A DNA stretch of 64,000 bases from an uncultured Planctomycetota bacterium (GCA_903902515.1 CAIUVD010000069.1:11475-75474); one strand, 5' to 3'. Shown: positions 9,504 to 18,219, counted from the stretch's first letter. Translations and numbers: made by a program. Notes: a model not told the origin generated them from the letters alone.

Positions 9504-11026
9504 GGGGCGGTCGTAAAACGGCTGGTAAACGTCGTCGCCACGGCGTTGCCGCCGAGGTCGCGCAGACCGCCGGCTGGCACCACCAGTTCATAGGTGGTCC
9601 CCGCAGCCAGGGCTTCGACCGGCGACAGGTTGATGATGCCGGTCTGGTAACTCAGGGCTGCTTCCACCGGAGCACCACCCACGGGACGCAGGAAGACCGT
9701 CGCCGAGGTGAGGCTGCGGTTGTCGAGGGCATCCGTCACCGTCAGGCCGACCCGGCTGGTGCGGGCCTGCTGGGTCGCGCCCGGAGCCGGGATCACTCGG
9801 TTGATGGCCGGGGGCGTGCGGTCCGGATCGGTCCCAGCGGGCAGGAGGTAGCTCCCGTCCCCGTGGTCGCTCGAACTGACGATGAGGTTGGCCAGGGGGG
9901 TACAGAAGTCGTAATCTGCCTTGGGATTCGGCAGCGCAGCCGTCTTCCCGGGCTTCACCTGGGTCAGCACCGGGAAGCCGTCCGGGCGGGTCAGGTCGAC
10001 GAGGGCGAAGTTGGTCGACATGCCGACGTAGGCCCGCCCGTCCTGGATGGCGACATAGCCACCCTGGCCACCGGCGGGACCGCTGTTGCCCAGGTACACA
10101 ATCTGTTCCGGATGGGTCAGATCATAGACGTGCACGGCGTTGTAGGGGGCCAGCACGTCGCGGGTCATCGCGGGCTGGGGCTCCGGGGGCTTCTCGCCTT
10201 TCGCGAGGTTCAGGGGGTTCTTGGAGGCCATGACAAACCGAGTGCCGTTGAACATCCCGGCATAGGCCTTGCCGGTCTGGGGGATCCGGTCCAGGACCAT
10301 GGGCCGCAAGGGATCGGCGATGGAGAGGGTGACCAGGCCGCGATTGCCCTCGACGGCCATCGCCACCAGGAGATTGCCGACGGCAAATAAGGTGGCCGGC
10401 AGGATCCCCCCCAGCTCCGCCGGCGGGATGCGAGCCACCACCACCGGTTTAGCGGGATCCCGCAGATCGACGATGTGCAGGCCCGTATCCAAGCCGCCGA
10501 CGTAGAGGTAGGGGAACTGGAGGGACGTCCACCACGGCGTCTGGCCGTAGTCGCCGCCTTTCATCGGCGGCAGGGGCGTATCCGACAGCAGCGCCGGCGC
10601 CCGGGGATCGCTCCAATCCCACACCTGGATGCCGGCCATGCCCTGGAGGACCGCCAGGCTGCGGCCCTTCCAGGTGGTGAAGCCGATGGTGTGGGCCTCC
10701 CGCAGGTTCCGCGTGGCGGCGTCGTACTGGTGGTGCACCAGTACGGGCTTCCGGGGATCGCTGACATCGAAGAAGCTCAGGTGGCCATCGCCCTTGCCGC
10801 CGTCCTTGGAGCCGATCACCGCCAACCAGCCGTTGTGCATCGCCACCAGACTGTGACCCGAGGGAGCACCGTTGGTCTCGTTAATCTGGCTGATGACCGT
10901 CAGGACCTCGTGGGGCGTGTAGGTTAGGTTGCCGATGCCCGGGCCCTCAGCCGCGACGCCGAGGGTCGCGAGGGCCAGTAGCAGGGTGCCGGAGCGGACG
11001 GGGGTGGGCCGGGAAGGACAGGTCAC
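9500..11026 (-). CDS. Secreted LVIVD-repeat beta-propeller protein with C-terminal Ig-like domain
   Basis: Signal peptide SGTLLLALATLGVAAEG. Repeated segments LHIVDLRDPAKPVV, VHVYDLTHPEQ, ALVDLTRPDGFPV match LVIVD repeats. C-terminal Ig/SbsA-like segment. Start is probably a GTG at ~11026 (13 nt after the upstream stop); the tool start at 11239 is inside the upstream gene. Confidence 0.7.
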   Translation of the reverse strand: MTCPSRPTPVRSGTLLLALATLGVAAEGPGIGNLTYTPHEVLTVISQINETNGAPSGHSLVAMHNGWLAVIGSKDGGKGDGHLSFFDVSDPRKPVLVHHQYDAATRNLREAHTIGFTTWKGRSLAVLQGMAGIQVWDWSDPRAPALLSDTPLPPMKGGDYGQTPWWTSLQFPYLYVGGLDTGLHIVDLRDPAKPVVVARIPPAELGGILPATLFAVGNLLVAMAVEGNRGLVTLSIADPLRPMVLDRIPQTGKAYAGMFNGTRFVMASKNPLNLAKGEKPPEPQPAMTRDVLAPYNAVHVYDLTHPEQIVYLGNSGPAGGQGGYVAIQDGRAYVGMSTNFALVDLTRPDGFPVLTQVKPGKTAALPNPKADYDFCTPLANLIVSSSDHGDGSYLLPAGTDPDRTPPAINRVIPAPGATQQARTSRVGLTVTDALDNRSLTSATVFLRPVGGAPVEAALSYQTGIINLSPVEALAAGTTYELVVPAGGLRDLGGNAVATTFTSRFTTAP

Positions 11027-11039
11027 AGGAAACTCGCGC

Positions 11040-12131
11040 TCACGGGGTTTTGGGGAGTTGGGCGATCCACGCGGCAACGGCATCCACCGCCGGCTGATCG
11101 ACCAGGGCGCGGCCGATTTGGGGCATGCGTTCCTCGGGAACGGTGGAGCGCATGCGGTAATGCACCACGGAGCGAGCGACATCGCCGGGGACGATCGGTG
11201 CGGCACCATCGATCCCCATATCGTTGCGCACCAGGCCACCGATCAGGCCAGTGGCCTCCAGGGGCGTCGTGAAGCGCAGATCCAAGTCGGAGCCGACGCC
11301 CTCCGGGCGATGGCACGACGCGCAGTTGGCATCCAGGTAGGACCGCACCCGACGGGTGAGGTCGGCCTGGGGATCGTCGATGGCGGCCATGGTCGGGGCA
11401 CTCGCCAGGTCGGCGTCCTCCACCTTCCGATTGAAGAGCCCCAGGTGGTTCCAGGTCCGCAGTTGATGGGCGGTGGTGCCATCGGGGTAGGTGAAGGTCC
11501 CGTTGAGCTGAGCCGTCTTAGGTCCCAGGACGTAAGCGGCCGCCGGCGTATGGCAGGTCAGGCAGTTCTCCCGCGAGGGATAGGACCAGGTCTGCGTCCC
11601 GGCGGCGCCACCGGCATCCCGCAGGGCCAGGACCTCTTCAGCGCCATCGGCTGCCACCAAGTCCGCGTCCTGGCCATCGGGACGCCAACGGTAGGTCACG
11701 CCATAGGTGCCGGGCCCGGCGGCATCCAGCACCAAGACTCGGGTCTCTAGCCGCTGCACCCGGTGGCTGGCGGCATCGACCTCGCGCTCGAAGTGCTTGA
11801 TGAAGAGCGTGCCCTGGGGCCACTGGTACTCGCCGGTAGGGCTGAAGCCGATGGTCGTCCCCGTGGGGAGGGCCACCCACCGACGTTTGTTCGCCCCGTC
11901 GGACCACAGGGGCGAAATCATGTCGTAGGGCACCAGGCCCGGGGCCGGGGTTAGGGTCGCCACGTCGGAAAACAGCCCGGTCTGGGAGAGGCGTTCCGGC
12001 AACGGGCCGGTCACGACCGGCGGCATGGCGCAACCGGCGAAGGGCACGCGCCCGGTCATCCCGAACGGTCCCGAGGCCGCCACCAGGGGCACCGTCAGCA
12101 ACAGGACGGGCAGCCATCGGCGCAGGCGCAT
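11040..12131 (-). CDS. PVC-type haem-binding CxxCH domain protein (cytochrome c)
   Basis: Signal peptide MRLRRWLPVLLLTVPLVAASG. CLTCH and CASCH motifs. Resembles the C-terminal haem-binding module normally fused to the GSDH domain in PVC 'haem-binding CxxCH' proteins. Start ATG overlaps the upstream TAA (TAATG). Confidence 0.75.
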   Translation of the reverse strand: MRLRRWLPVLLLTVPLVAASGPFGMTGRVPFAGCAMPPVVTGPLPERLSQTGLFSDVATLTPAPGLVPYDMISPLWSDGANKRRWVALPTGTTIGFSPTGEYQWPQGTLFIKHFEREVDAASHRVQRLETRVLVLDAAGPGTYGVTYRWRPDGQDADLVAADGAEEVLALRDAGGAAGTQTWSYPSRENCLTCHTPAAAYVLGPKTAQLNGTFTYPDGTTAHQLRTWNHLGLFNRKVEDADLASAPTMAAIDDPQADLTRRVRSYLDANCASCHRPEGVGSDLDLRFTTPLEATGLIGGLVRNDMGIDGAAPIVPGDVARSVVHYRMRSTVPEERMPQIGRALVDQPAVDAVAAWIAQLPKTP

Positions 12132-13315
12132 TAGCGCAGCCCTCCCGGGCCGGTGTAGCGGATCCGCCACAACTCGCCGGCGTTCACGGTCATGATTTTC
12201 TCGGCCGGTCCGCCCAGGGGGCCGTTGCGGGCCAGGTACCAGACGGTGCCGTCCGGGGCCACTTCCAGATCCGTGGGGGCGGCGATGCCGGCGGCGAAGG
12301 GGGTCGGCTGCTCGGGCTTGGCCGGGTCGAGGCTCTTGATCCACCCCTTGTAATCGGACCACAGGTAGCGGCCGCGGAAGGACGCCGGGAAGGCCCCCGG
12401 CCCCGGTTTGGCGGGCTCATAGAAATCACCGCCGGTGATGCACACCTTGTCCGTGCGGTAGGCCAGTTCGGCATCCCGGTAGGTTCCCAGGCCGGTCATG
12501 GTCCGGCCCTGGGACGGTCCATCGAAGCCCAGGGTGCCGCCGGGCCAACCGTAGTTGACCACGATGGGTGGAGCGGCGGTGTCGTAGCGGTTGATCTCCT
12601 CGTAGATCTGGCCGGCCTCGATGATGTAGAGCAGACCCGTCGAAGGTTGTACCGCCATGGTCCAGGCGTTGCGGAAGCCCAGACCGACGACTTGGGGCAG
12701 CAGGCTGGGTAGCGTGGGTTGGTCCTTCGGCACCGAGCCGTCGGGTCGAAGCCGCAATAGCTTGCCTTGCAACGTGGTGGGAGCCTGGGCTTGCGGACCG
12801 CGGGTGTTGTCCCCCGTCGAGACATAGAGATTCCCATCCTGTCCGAAGCGAATGCCGCCACCGATGTGGAAGGGCGCCCGCTGGCCTAACTCCGGCAAGG
12901 TGATGATCACCTCCTCTGAAGCCGGATCCGCCACCGAGCCGCGCAGGGTGAAGCGACTGACGCGGTTGTGGGGCTTCGGCTCCTTGGCGGTGTAATAGAG
13001 GTAGAGCCAGCCGTTGCGGGCAAACTGGGGGTCCAGGATCAGGGCCAGTAGCCCCCGTTCGCCCCAAGGATCCACTCGCGCCACGAGGTCCAACACCGGC
13101 GTCGTCTGGAGGGCCCCATCCTTGACCAGGCGCACCAGCCCGGTTTTTTCCAGCACGAACAGCCGCCCATCGGGGGCGAAGGTCATGGTGGTCGGATTGA
13201 GGCCGGTGGCGATGCGCTCCTCCTGGAACCCGTCGGGCAGTTGCGCCGCCGCCAGGGCCACCGGGAGCAGGAGGAGAAGGGAACGGAGACAGGCCGTGAA
13301 GGAGCGGAAAGGCAT
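12131..13315 (-). CDS. Soluble glucose/sorbosone dehydrogenase (GSDH)-family PQQ-type beta-propeller oxidoreductase
   Basis: Signal peptide. Motifs FAPDGRLFVLEKTGLVRLV, GERGLLALILDPQFARNGWLYLYYT, FHIGGGIRFGQDGNLYVSTGD, APDGTVWYL are typical of the GSDH family. Confidence 0.8.
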   Translation of the reverse strand: MPFRSFTACLRSLLLLLPVALAAAQLPDGFQEERIATGLNPTTMTFAPDGRLFVLEKTGLVRLVKDGALQTTPVLDLVARVDPWGERGLLALILDPQFARNGWLYLYYTAKEPKPHNRVSRFTLRGSVADPASEEVIITLPELGQRAPFHIGGGIRFGQDGNLYVSTGDNTRGPQAQAPTTLQGKLLRLRPDGSVPKDQPTLPSLLPQVVGLGFRNAWTMAVQPSTGLLYIIEAGQIYEEINRYDTAAPPIVVNYGWPGGTLGFDGPSQGRTMTGLGTYRDAELAYRTDKVCITGGDFYEPAKPGPGAFPASFRGRYLWSDYKGWIKSLDPAKPEQPTPFAAGIAAPTDLEVAPDGTVWYLARNGPLGGPAEKIMTVNAGELWRIRYTGPGGLR

Positions 13316-13500
13316 GTCATTCCGTCACCGGGGAGCCGGTCATCGTCACGGCGGGCTCTGGGACCGTTCCACGCGCGTGTCACACAAGCGGCCGCCCCGC
13401 GTTTTCGAGGACCGAATTTCCAGGCCGTGGTCAACGGCCTCGACCATGGCCAGTACCAATCCTTCCCTGCCACCGAGAGCAGACGAGGTTCACTGCTCAT

Positions 13501-14026
13501 GCAGGATGACAGGCATCGACCCGAGGAGACCGTCCGCATCACCGCCGTGCTAGCCGAGCAGACGGCGGACTTGCGGCGGTTTCTTGGTTTTCTGCTGCCC
13601 ACCGCCGATGCCGATGATGTCCTCCAGGACCTGACCGTGGCCGTGCTGGAGGATCCTGCCCCGGTGCTGACCGCCCTCCAACCGGGGGCCTACCTGCGGG
13701 GCATGGCCCGCAACCTCGCCCGGCAGCACCGTCGCCGCTTCCGTCGCCACGCCCTTATCGAGGACCTAGCCTGCGCCACCTGGACCCCCCTGGAGACCGA
13801 CGACGACGACCGCGAACGCACGGCCCTGGCCCGCTGCACCAGTACCATGCGTCCGGAAGTCCGGGAGATCATTGCCCTGCGCTATGGCGAAGGGCTCAGC
13901 GCCGAAGCCATCGCACCACGACTGGCCATGAGCAGCAGCGGAGTGCGGATGGCGCTGAAACGCGGCCGAGATGCTCTCCTACGCTGTGTCCAGCAACGAC
14001 TGAAAGACCTGCACCATGGCGAATGA
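13501..14026 (+). CDS. ECF-subfamily RNA polymerase sigma-70 factor
   Basis: Region-2-like LRRFLGFLLPTADADDVLQDLTVAVLE and region-4 HTH REIIALRYGEGLSAEAIAPRLAMSSSGVRMALKRGRDAL. The ATG at 13501 (MQDDRHRPE) is preferred over the tool start at 13241. Stop overlaps the next gene's start (ATGA). Confidence 0.85.
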
Positions 14027-15404
14027 TCCCTGCGCCAATCTGCGTCAACAGGTGTGGTCCGCCCTCGACGGCACCCTCAACGATGAACAGGCGGTGGCCC
14101 TTGCCCGCCATGTGGAGAGCTGCCCGGCCTGCCGGGAGCACTTCGCTGGGGCTGTTCGTCTGGAAGCCCGCCTGCGTCAGGATCCGCCACGGATGGCCAT
14201 CCGTTGGCGATGGTGGGCCTGGGTGGCGGCGGCGGCGAGTCTGCTGCTGGCCCTTGGCACCCTGGCCCTGTGGCCTGCGACCCCCCGGCCGGCCGCCGAC
14301 CAATGGGCGGTCCTAGTGGCTGGGCAGGCCCGGACAGCTGGCGGCGACCTGGGACCCGCCGATGGGCCACGCTTCCACCACAGCCTCCAGACCCTCACGG
14401 AGGTCCGTCTGGCCCTCCCCGATGGCACCCGCTGCATCCTCGCCCCCGGCAGCAGCCTGGCCGTCGATCCGGAACCGCCCCTGGGCCGGGCCCTGCGCCT
14501 GGAAGCCGGCCGCCTGACGGTGCAGGCCACCCGTCAGGATCCCACGGCACCCCGCATCTTCCGGACCCCGGCCGCCACGGTCACCGTGGTCGGGACCCGC
14601 TTCACCCTGGCCCATGCCCCCGCAACGGGCAGTTCCCTGCAGGTCGCAGAAGGCGCGGTCCGTCTGGCCGCCGTCGGTGCGCCGCCGGTCGTGGTCGAAG
14701 ACCGGGAACCGCGCACCATCCCCTGGCCCGCCCCCCAGTCCCTGGCGGCCTTCGCCGCCCCGACTCCGGAGCGCCTGGAGCGGGATACCCAGGGCCGGAT
14801 CACCGCCTGGACCAGTACAGATCCGGTGGTCCACGCCAGGATCAGCCGTGGCCGTGGGTATCCGCGACCGGTCCATGCCCTGGGCCGACCGGCCTTGCAG
14901 TTCTCGGGGCCGGCTGACCACCTCCAGGCCAACCTCCCGAGCCATGACCTTCGTCAGGGCCTGACGCTGCAGGTCGAGGCCTTGCCCGATCTGACCATCA
15001 CCAAGCCCATGACCCTGGTCTCCTACCGCATGCGGGACGGCGCCAGTCTGGACCTCGTGCTTACCCGCCAGCCGGCGGCACATCTGTTGGCTCTGATCCC
15101 GGACCAGGAACCCCTCGTCGTGCCCCTCGGCGAGCAGCCGCCGTCTCCCCTCCGGATCGTCTGCACCTGGGATGCCCATGGGCTGCTGACGCTGCGGACC
15201 CAGGCGGGCTTGGCCCAGGTGCGGACCACCATGGCGCCCACTGGCATGGGTACCGCCCAGATGGTCATCGGCGACCATGGCGGCAAGTCCCTGACCAAAG
15301 GCCAGACCGGATGGACCGGCGCCATTTTCAGCGTGTCGTTGACCGTCGGGACCATCCCCCAGCCCGTGCTGGAAACCTGGTTGGACACCGACACTGCCCC
15401 CTGA
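14016..15404 (+). CDS. Transmembrane anti-sigma factor (zinc-finger ZAS + FecR-like domain + ~250-aa C-terminal sensor domain)
   Basis: HVESCPACREHF zinc-binding anti-sigma motif. One TM helix (WWAWVAAAASLLLALGTLALW). FecR-like segment RLEAGRLTVQA...VVGTRFTL. Long periplasmic C-terminal extension. Co-transcribed with the ECF sigma gene. Confidence 0.8.
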   Translation: MANDPCANLRQQVWSALDGTLNDEQAVALARHVESCPACREHFAGAVRLEARLRQDPPRMAIRWRWWAWVAAAASLLLALGTLALWPATPRPAADQWAVLVAGQARTAGGDLGPADGPRFHHSLQTLTEVRLALPDGTRCILAPGSSLAVDPEPPLGRALRLEAGRLTVQATRQDPTAPRIFRTPAATVTVVGTRFTLAHAPATGSSLQVAEGAVRLAAVGAPPVVVEDREPRTIPWPAPQSLAAFAAPTPERLERDTQGRITAWTSTDPVVHARISRGRGYPRPVHALGRPALQFSGPADHLQANLPSHDLRQGLTLQVEALPDLTITKPMTLVSYRMRDGASLDLVLTRQPAAHLLALIPDQEPLVVPLGEQPPSPLRIVCTWDAHGLLTLRTQAGLAQVRTTMAPTGMGTAQMVIGDHGGKSLTKGQTGWTGAIFSVSLTVGTIPQPVLETWLDTDTAP

Positions 15405-15420
15405 CCCCTCGAAATGTCGC

Positions 15421-16038
15421 CTACGGCAAGACCCGGAACCCCGCCCAGCGGTAGGGGTCCGCCGCCGTGATCACCCCAGCGACCCGTTCGCGGGTGGCGA
15501 CGGTGAATGCCAGACAGGTGGCATGGTCGGCGGTGGCATCGCGCCAGCGGGCTAACCAGTCGAGGGCCGCCTGTTGGTCATCGGCACTCGGGATGACCAC
15601 CGTGAGGTGCTTGGCCAAGGCTAGACGACGGCCCCGTTCGGCGGCAAAGGCTGGATCGGTCCGGCGGGCGAGGTCCGTCAGGGCCGTAGCGACCTCGGTC
15701 GGGGTGGTGATCAGGGCTGGGCGGCGCAGGACCACGGCGGCCCACGCCCGCTGCAGACGGGGATGATCCGGATGCCCACGCCAATGGCGGGCCACCAGGG
15801 CATCGGCGGCCACGAACAGGGTTCCCGACGGCAACGGCGGCGGCTCGGGCACGAGGGTAGCCGGGCCACCATGGATGGCGGTGTCTGCCAGCCAGGGATC
15901 ATCCGTTGGATCTTCGCCCGCCACCACGGCCGCCAACTGGTCGCGGATCAATTCTGCCAGGGATTTTCCCTGGGCCTTGGCATGCCGGGCGGCGCGTTCG
16001 CGGAGGTCCGGAGGCAGGAGGATGGTGGTGCGGTCCAT
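15421..16038 (-). CDS. Single-chain RHH (VapB-like) antitoxin fused to a PIN (VapC-like) nuclease domain
   Basis: N-terminus MDRTTILLPPDLRERAARHAKAQGKSLAELIRDQL is a ribbon-helix-helix CopG/VapB signature. C-terminus ...DATADHATCLAFTVATRERVAGVITAADPYRWAGF resembles the PIN C-terminal conserved block. The ATG shares one base with the upstream Rieske gene's stop (TGATG). Confidence 0.55.
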   Translation of the reverse strand: MDRTTILLPPDLRERAARHAKAQGKSLAELIRDQLAAVVAGEDPTDDPWLADTAIHGGPATLVPEPPPLPSGTLFVAADALVARHWRGHPDHPRLQRAWAAVVLRRPALITTPTEVATALTDLARRTDPAFAAERGRRLALAKHLTVVIPSADDQQAALDWLARWRDATADHATCLAFTVATRERVAGVITAADPYRWAGFRVLP

Positions 16039-16307
16039 CACATGGGGTCCGGGGTCCGGGGTCCGGGGTCCGGGGTCGCGGGAAGTCGGGTCAGCCCTGG
16101 TTGTCCAGGGCCGGCGAGGCACTCGCCGGTGCGCGGGTCGAATACCGCACCGTGCAGGGAGCAGACCAGGTGGCCATCGAACAAACACTGGCCGTCACCG
16201 TAATCCAGGCCGATGCCGACGTGGGGGCAGGAGTTCAGCCAGCGGGCGATCTCGACCCCGTTCTCGCGGATGACGATGGCCTGGCGGCCGTCGGGCAGCG
16301 GGGCCAT
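16038..16307 (-). CDS. Small Rieske [2Fe-2S] ferredoxin-like protein (89 aa)
   Basis: CPHVGIGL...(17 residues)...CSLHGAVFDPRTGEC gives the CxH...CxxH Rieske ligand pattern. The C-terminal 13 residues (ATPDPGPRTPDPM) are encoded by the (GGGGTCC)n repeat. Confidence 0.55.
   Translation of the reverse strand: MAPLPDGRQAIVIRENGVEIARWLNSCPHVGIGLDYGDGQCLFDGHLVCSLHGAVFDPRTGECLAGPGQPGLTRLPATPDPGPRTPDPM
16044..16078. repeat. (GGGGTCC)x5 heptamer minisatellite, G-quadruplex-competent
   Basis: Direct reading GGGGTCCGGGGTCCGGGGTCCGGGGTCCGGGGTCG. Overlaps the 3' end of the Rieske ORF and abuts the PIN gene start. Confidence 0.9.
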
Positions 16308-16323
16308 GTCCTGGACCAACCCT

Positions 16324-16363
16324 TTCGGCTGGTGGACTTCCGGACTTCCGGACTTCCGGACTT
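16324..16363. repeat. (GGACTTCC)x4 octamer tandem repeat ending GGACCCTG
   Basis: GGACTTCCGGACTTCCGGACTTCCGGACTTCCGGACCCTG lies between the nadA stop (16376) and the Rieske start (16307). Its terminal GGACCCTGCCTCA matches the GGACCCTGACTCA terminus of the 28856-28955 array. Confidence 0.85.
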
Positions 16364-16375
16364 CCGGACCCTGCC

Positions 16376-17350
16376 TCATCCGACCGCCAGCATCCGTTCG
16401 ATCGGCAACCGGGCCCGCTCGATGAGGGTGGCGTCGAGGGTAATCTCGGGCCGACCCTCGGCCAGGCAGCGCCACAGCTTTTCGAGGGTGTTGAGGCGCA
16501 TGTGGGGGCAGGTGTTGCAGGACGTGCAGGAGCCGTCCTTGCTGCCCTTCACCGATGCGGGCGCTTCCAGGAACCGGGCCTTGGGCTGGGCCCGGCGCAT
16601 CTGGTGGATGATGCCGGGCTCGGTGACCACCAGATAGGTGCCATCGGCGGCGCCCTTCTTCACGGCTTCCAACAGGGCTTTGGTGCTGCCGACCACGTCC
16701 CCCAGGTCGCGCACGGTGGCGGGGCATTCGGGGTGGACGAGGGTGATGCAGCCGGGGTTGGCCTGCTTGAGGTCGATGATGGCCTGGGCCGAGAACAGCT
16801 CGTGGATTTCGCAGGAGCCTTCCCACAGCACCAGGTCGCGCCCGGTCTTCTGGCGCACGTAGTCGCCCAGGAAGCGGTCCGGGGCGAAAATGATGGGCTG
16901 GTCCTTCGGGATGCTCTCTACCACGGCCACGGCGTTGGAGGAGGTCACGCAGTAATCGGACAGGGCCTTCACCGCCGCCGAGGAATTGACGTAGGTCACG
17001 ACCACGTGCCCCGGGTGGGCGGCGACGAAGGCGGCGAACTCCTTGGCCGGGGCGGAATCCGCCAGGCTGCACCCGGCGGCCAGGTCCGGCAGCAACACCT
17101 GCCGCTGGGGCGAGAGGATCTTCGCGGTCTCTGCCATGAAGTGGACGCCGCAGAAAACGATGATGTCGGCCTTGGAATTGGCCGCCTCGCGGGCCAGTTG
17201 CAGACTATCGCCGATGAAGTCGGCCTGGTCCTGAATCTCGTCGGCCTGGTAGTAGTGGGCCAGGATGACGGCGTTCTTGGCCTTCTTGAGGCGCTGGATC
17301 TCGGCCGCCAGGTCGACGGGCGGGGTCAGGCGGGACAGGGGCAGGATCAT
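16376..17350 (-). CDS. nadA: Quinolinate synthase A
   Basis: Full-length match to the NadA fold: ...VILAHYYQADEIQDQADFIGDSL..., three repeated subdomains, and the CPHM/Cys cluster region (SCTSCNTCPHMR). Confidence 0.95.
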   Translation of the reverse strand: MILPLSRLTPPVDLAAEIQRLKKAKNAVILAHYYQADEIQDQADFIGDSLQLAREAANSKADIIVFCGVHFMAETAKILSPQRQVLLPDLAAGCSLADSAPAKEFAAFVAAHPGHVVVTYVNSSAAVKALSDYCVTSSNAVAVVESIPKDQPIIFAPDRFLGDYVRQKTGRDLVLWEGSCEIHELFSAQAIIDLKQANPGCITLVHPECPATVRDLGDVVGSTKALLEAVKKGAADGTYLVVTEPGIIHQMRRAQPKARFLEAPASVKGSKDGSCTSCNTCPHMRLNTLEKLWRCLAEGRPEITLDATLIERARLPIERMLAVG

Positions 17351-17409
17351 GGGCGGGAACGGTAGGCCCGCCCTTCCGCGCTCAATCGGCGCGCTACGGT
17401 GCCCGCCCC

Positions 17410-18207
17410 GTGGCTACCATCCTCGACCAGATCATCGACCACAAGCGCACCGAGATTGCCCGCCTGCCGGCGGTGGATCGCAAGGCCCTGTCCGAACTGC
17501 CCCCCACCCGGGGCTTCCGCGCGGCTCTTCAGCGGCCCAAGGGCGAACGCATTCGGGTGATTGCCGAGTGCAAGAAGGGCAGTCCCTCCAAGGGGATTTT
17601 CGTCGAGGACTACGACCCGGTCCTGACGGCCTATAAGTACCAGTTGGGCGGCGCGTCCTGCCTGTCGGTGCTGACGGACGAAAAGTTTTTCTTCGGCCAC
17701 GCCGACCACTTGAAGGCCGTCCACGCCCAGGTGTCCCTGCCGGCGATCCGCAAGGACTTCATCATCGACGACCGGCAGATCGCCCAGGCTCGCCAGTGGG
17801 GCGCCGACGCCGTGCTGCTGATTGCTGCCTGTCTGTCGGACGGGCAGATGGAGGACCTCCAGGGCCTGGCCTGGGACCTGGGCCTGGACGTCCTGGTCGA
17901 GGTCCACGACGCCGAGGAGGCGATGCGTGCCCTCAAGATCAAGGCCAACTTGGTGGGCGTGAACAATCGCAATCTCAAGGATTTCAGCATCAGCCTGAAG
18001 ACCACCTACGACCTGCTGCCGGCCCTCCTGGGCGGCGGGCGGGTGGTGGTATCTGAAAGCGGCATCAGCCACCGCGAGCAGTGCCATGAACTGGAGGAGG
18101 CCGGGGTGGACGCCGTGTTGGTCGGTGAGTCGCTTATCACCAGCGACGACCCCTCGGCAGCCCTCGCCAAACTGCGGGGCACCATCGTCCGTGGTACCCT
18201 CGGATAA
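17410..18207 (+). CDS. trpC: Indole-3-glycerol phosphate synthase
   Basis: ILDQIIDHKRTEIA, IAECKKGSPSKG, SVLTDEKFFFG, KDFIIDDRQI, VLLIAACL and ESGISHREQ are canonical TrpC motifs. Confidence 0.95.
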   Translation: MATILDQIIDHKRTEIARLPAVDRKALSELPPTRGFRAALQRPKGERIRVIAECKKGSPSKGIFVEDYDPVLTAYKYQLGGASCLSVLTDEKFFFGHADHLKAVHAQVSLPAIRKDFIIDDRQIAQARQWGADAVLLIAACLSDGQMEDLQGLAWDLGLDVLVEVHDAEEAMRALKIKANLVGVNNRNLKDFSISLKTTYDLLPALLGGGRVVVSESGISHREQCHELEEAGVDAVLVGESLITSDDPSAALAKLRGTIVRGTLG

Positions 18208-18219
18208 GCGGAGGTTCCC

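Noticed and set aside
7347-9593. 748-aa plus-strand ORF and other very long antisense ORFs (e.g. 20375-21982, 14313-15278, 31217-32413, 35878-37122, 39796-41706, 53045-55399, 55246-56982, 56925-58319)
   Set aside because: These are typical high-GC shadow ORFs: Arg/Gly/Ala/Pro/His-rich, with no motifs, signal peptides or coupling. Each lies opposite a gene with clear family signatures.
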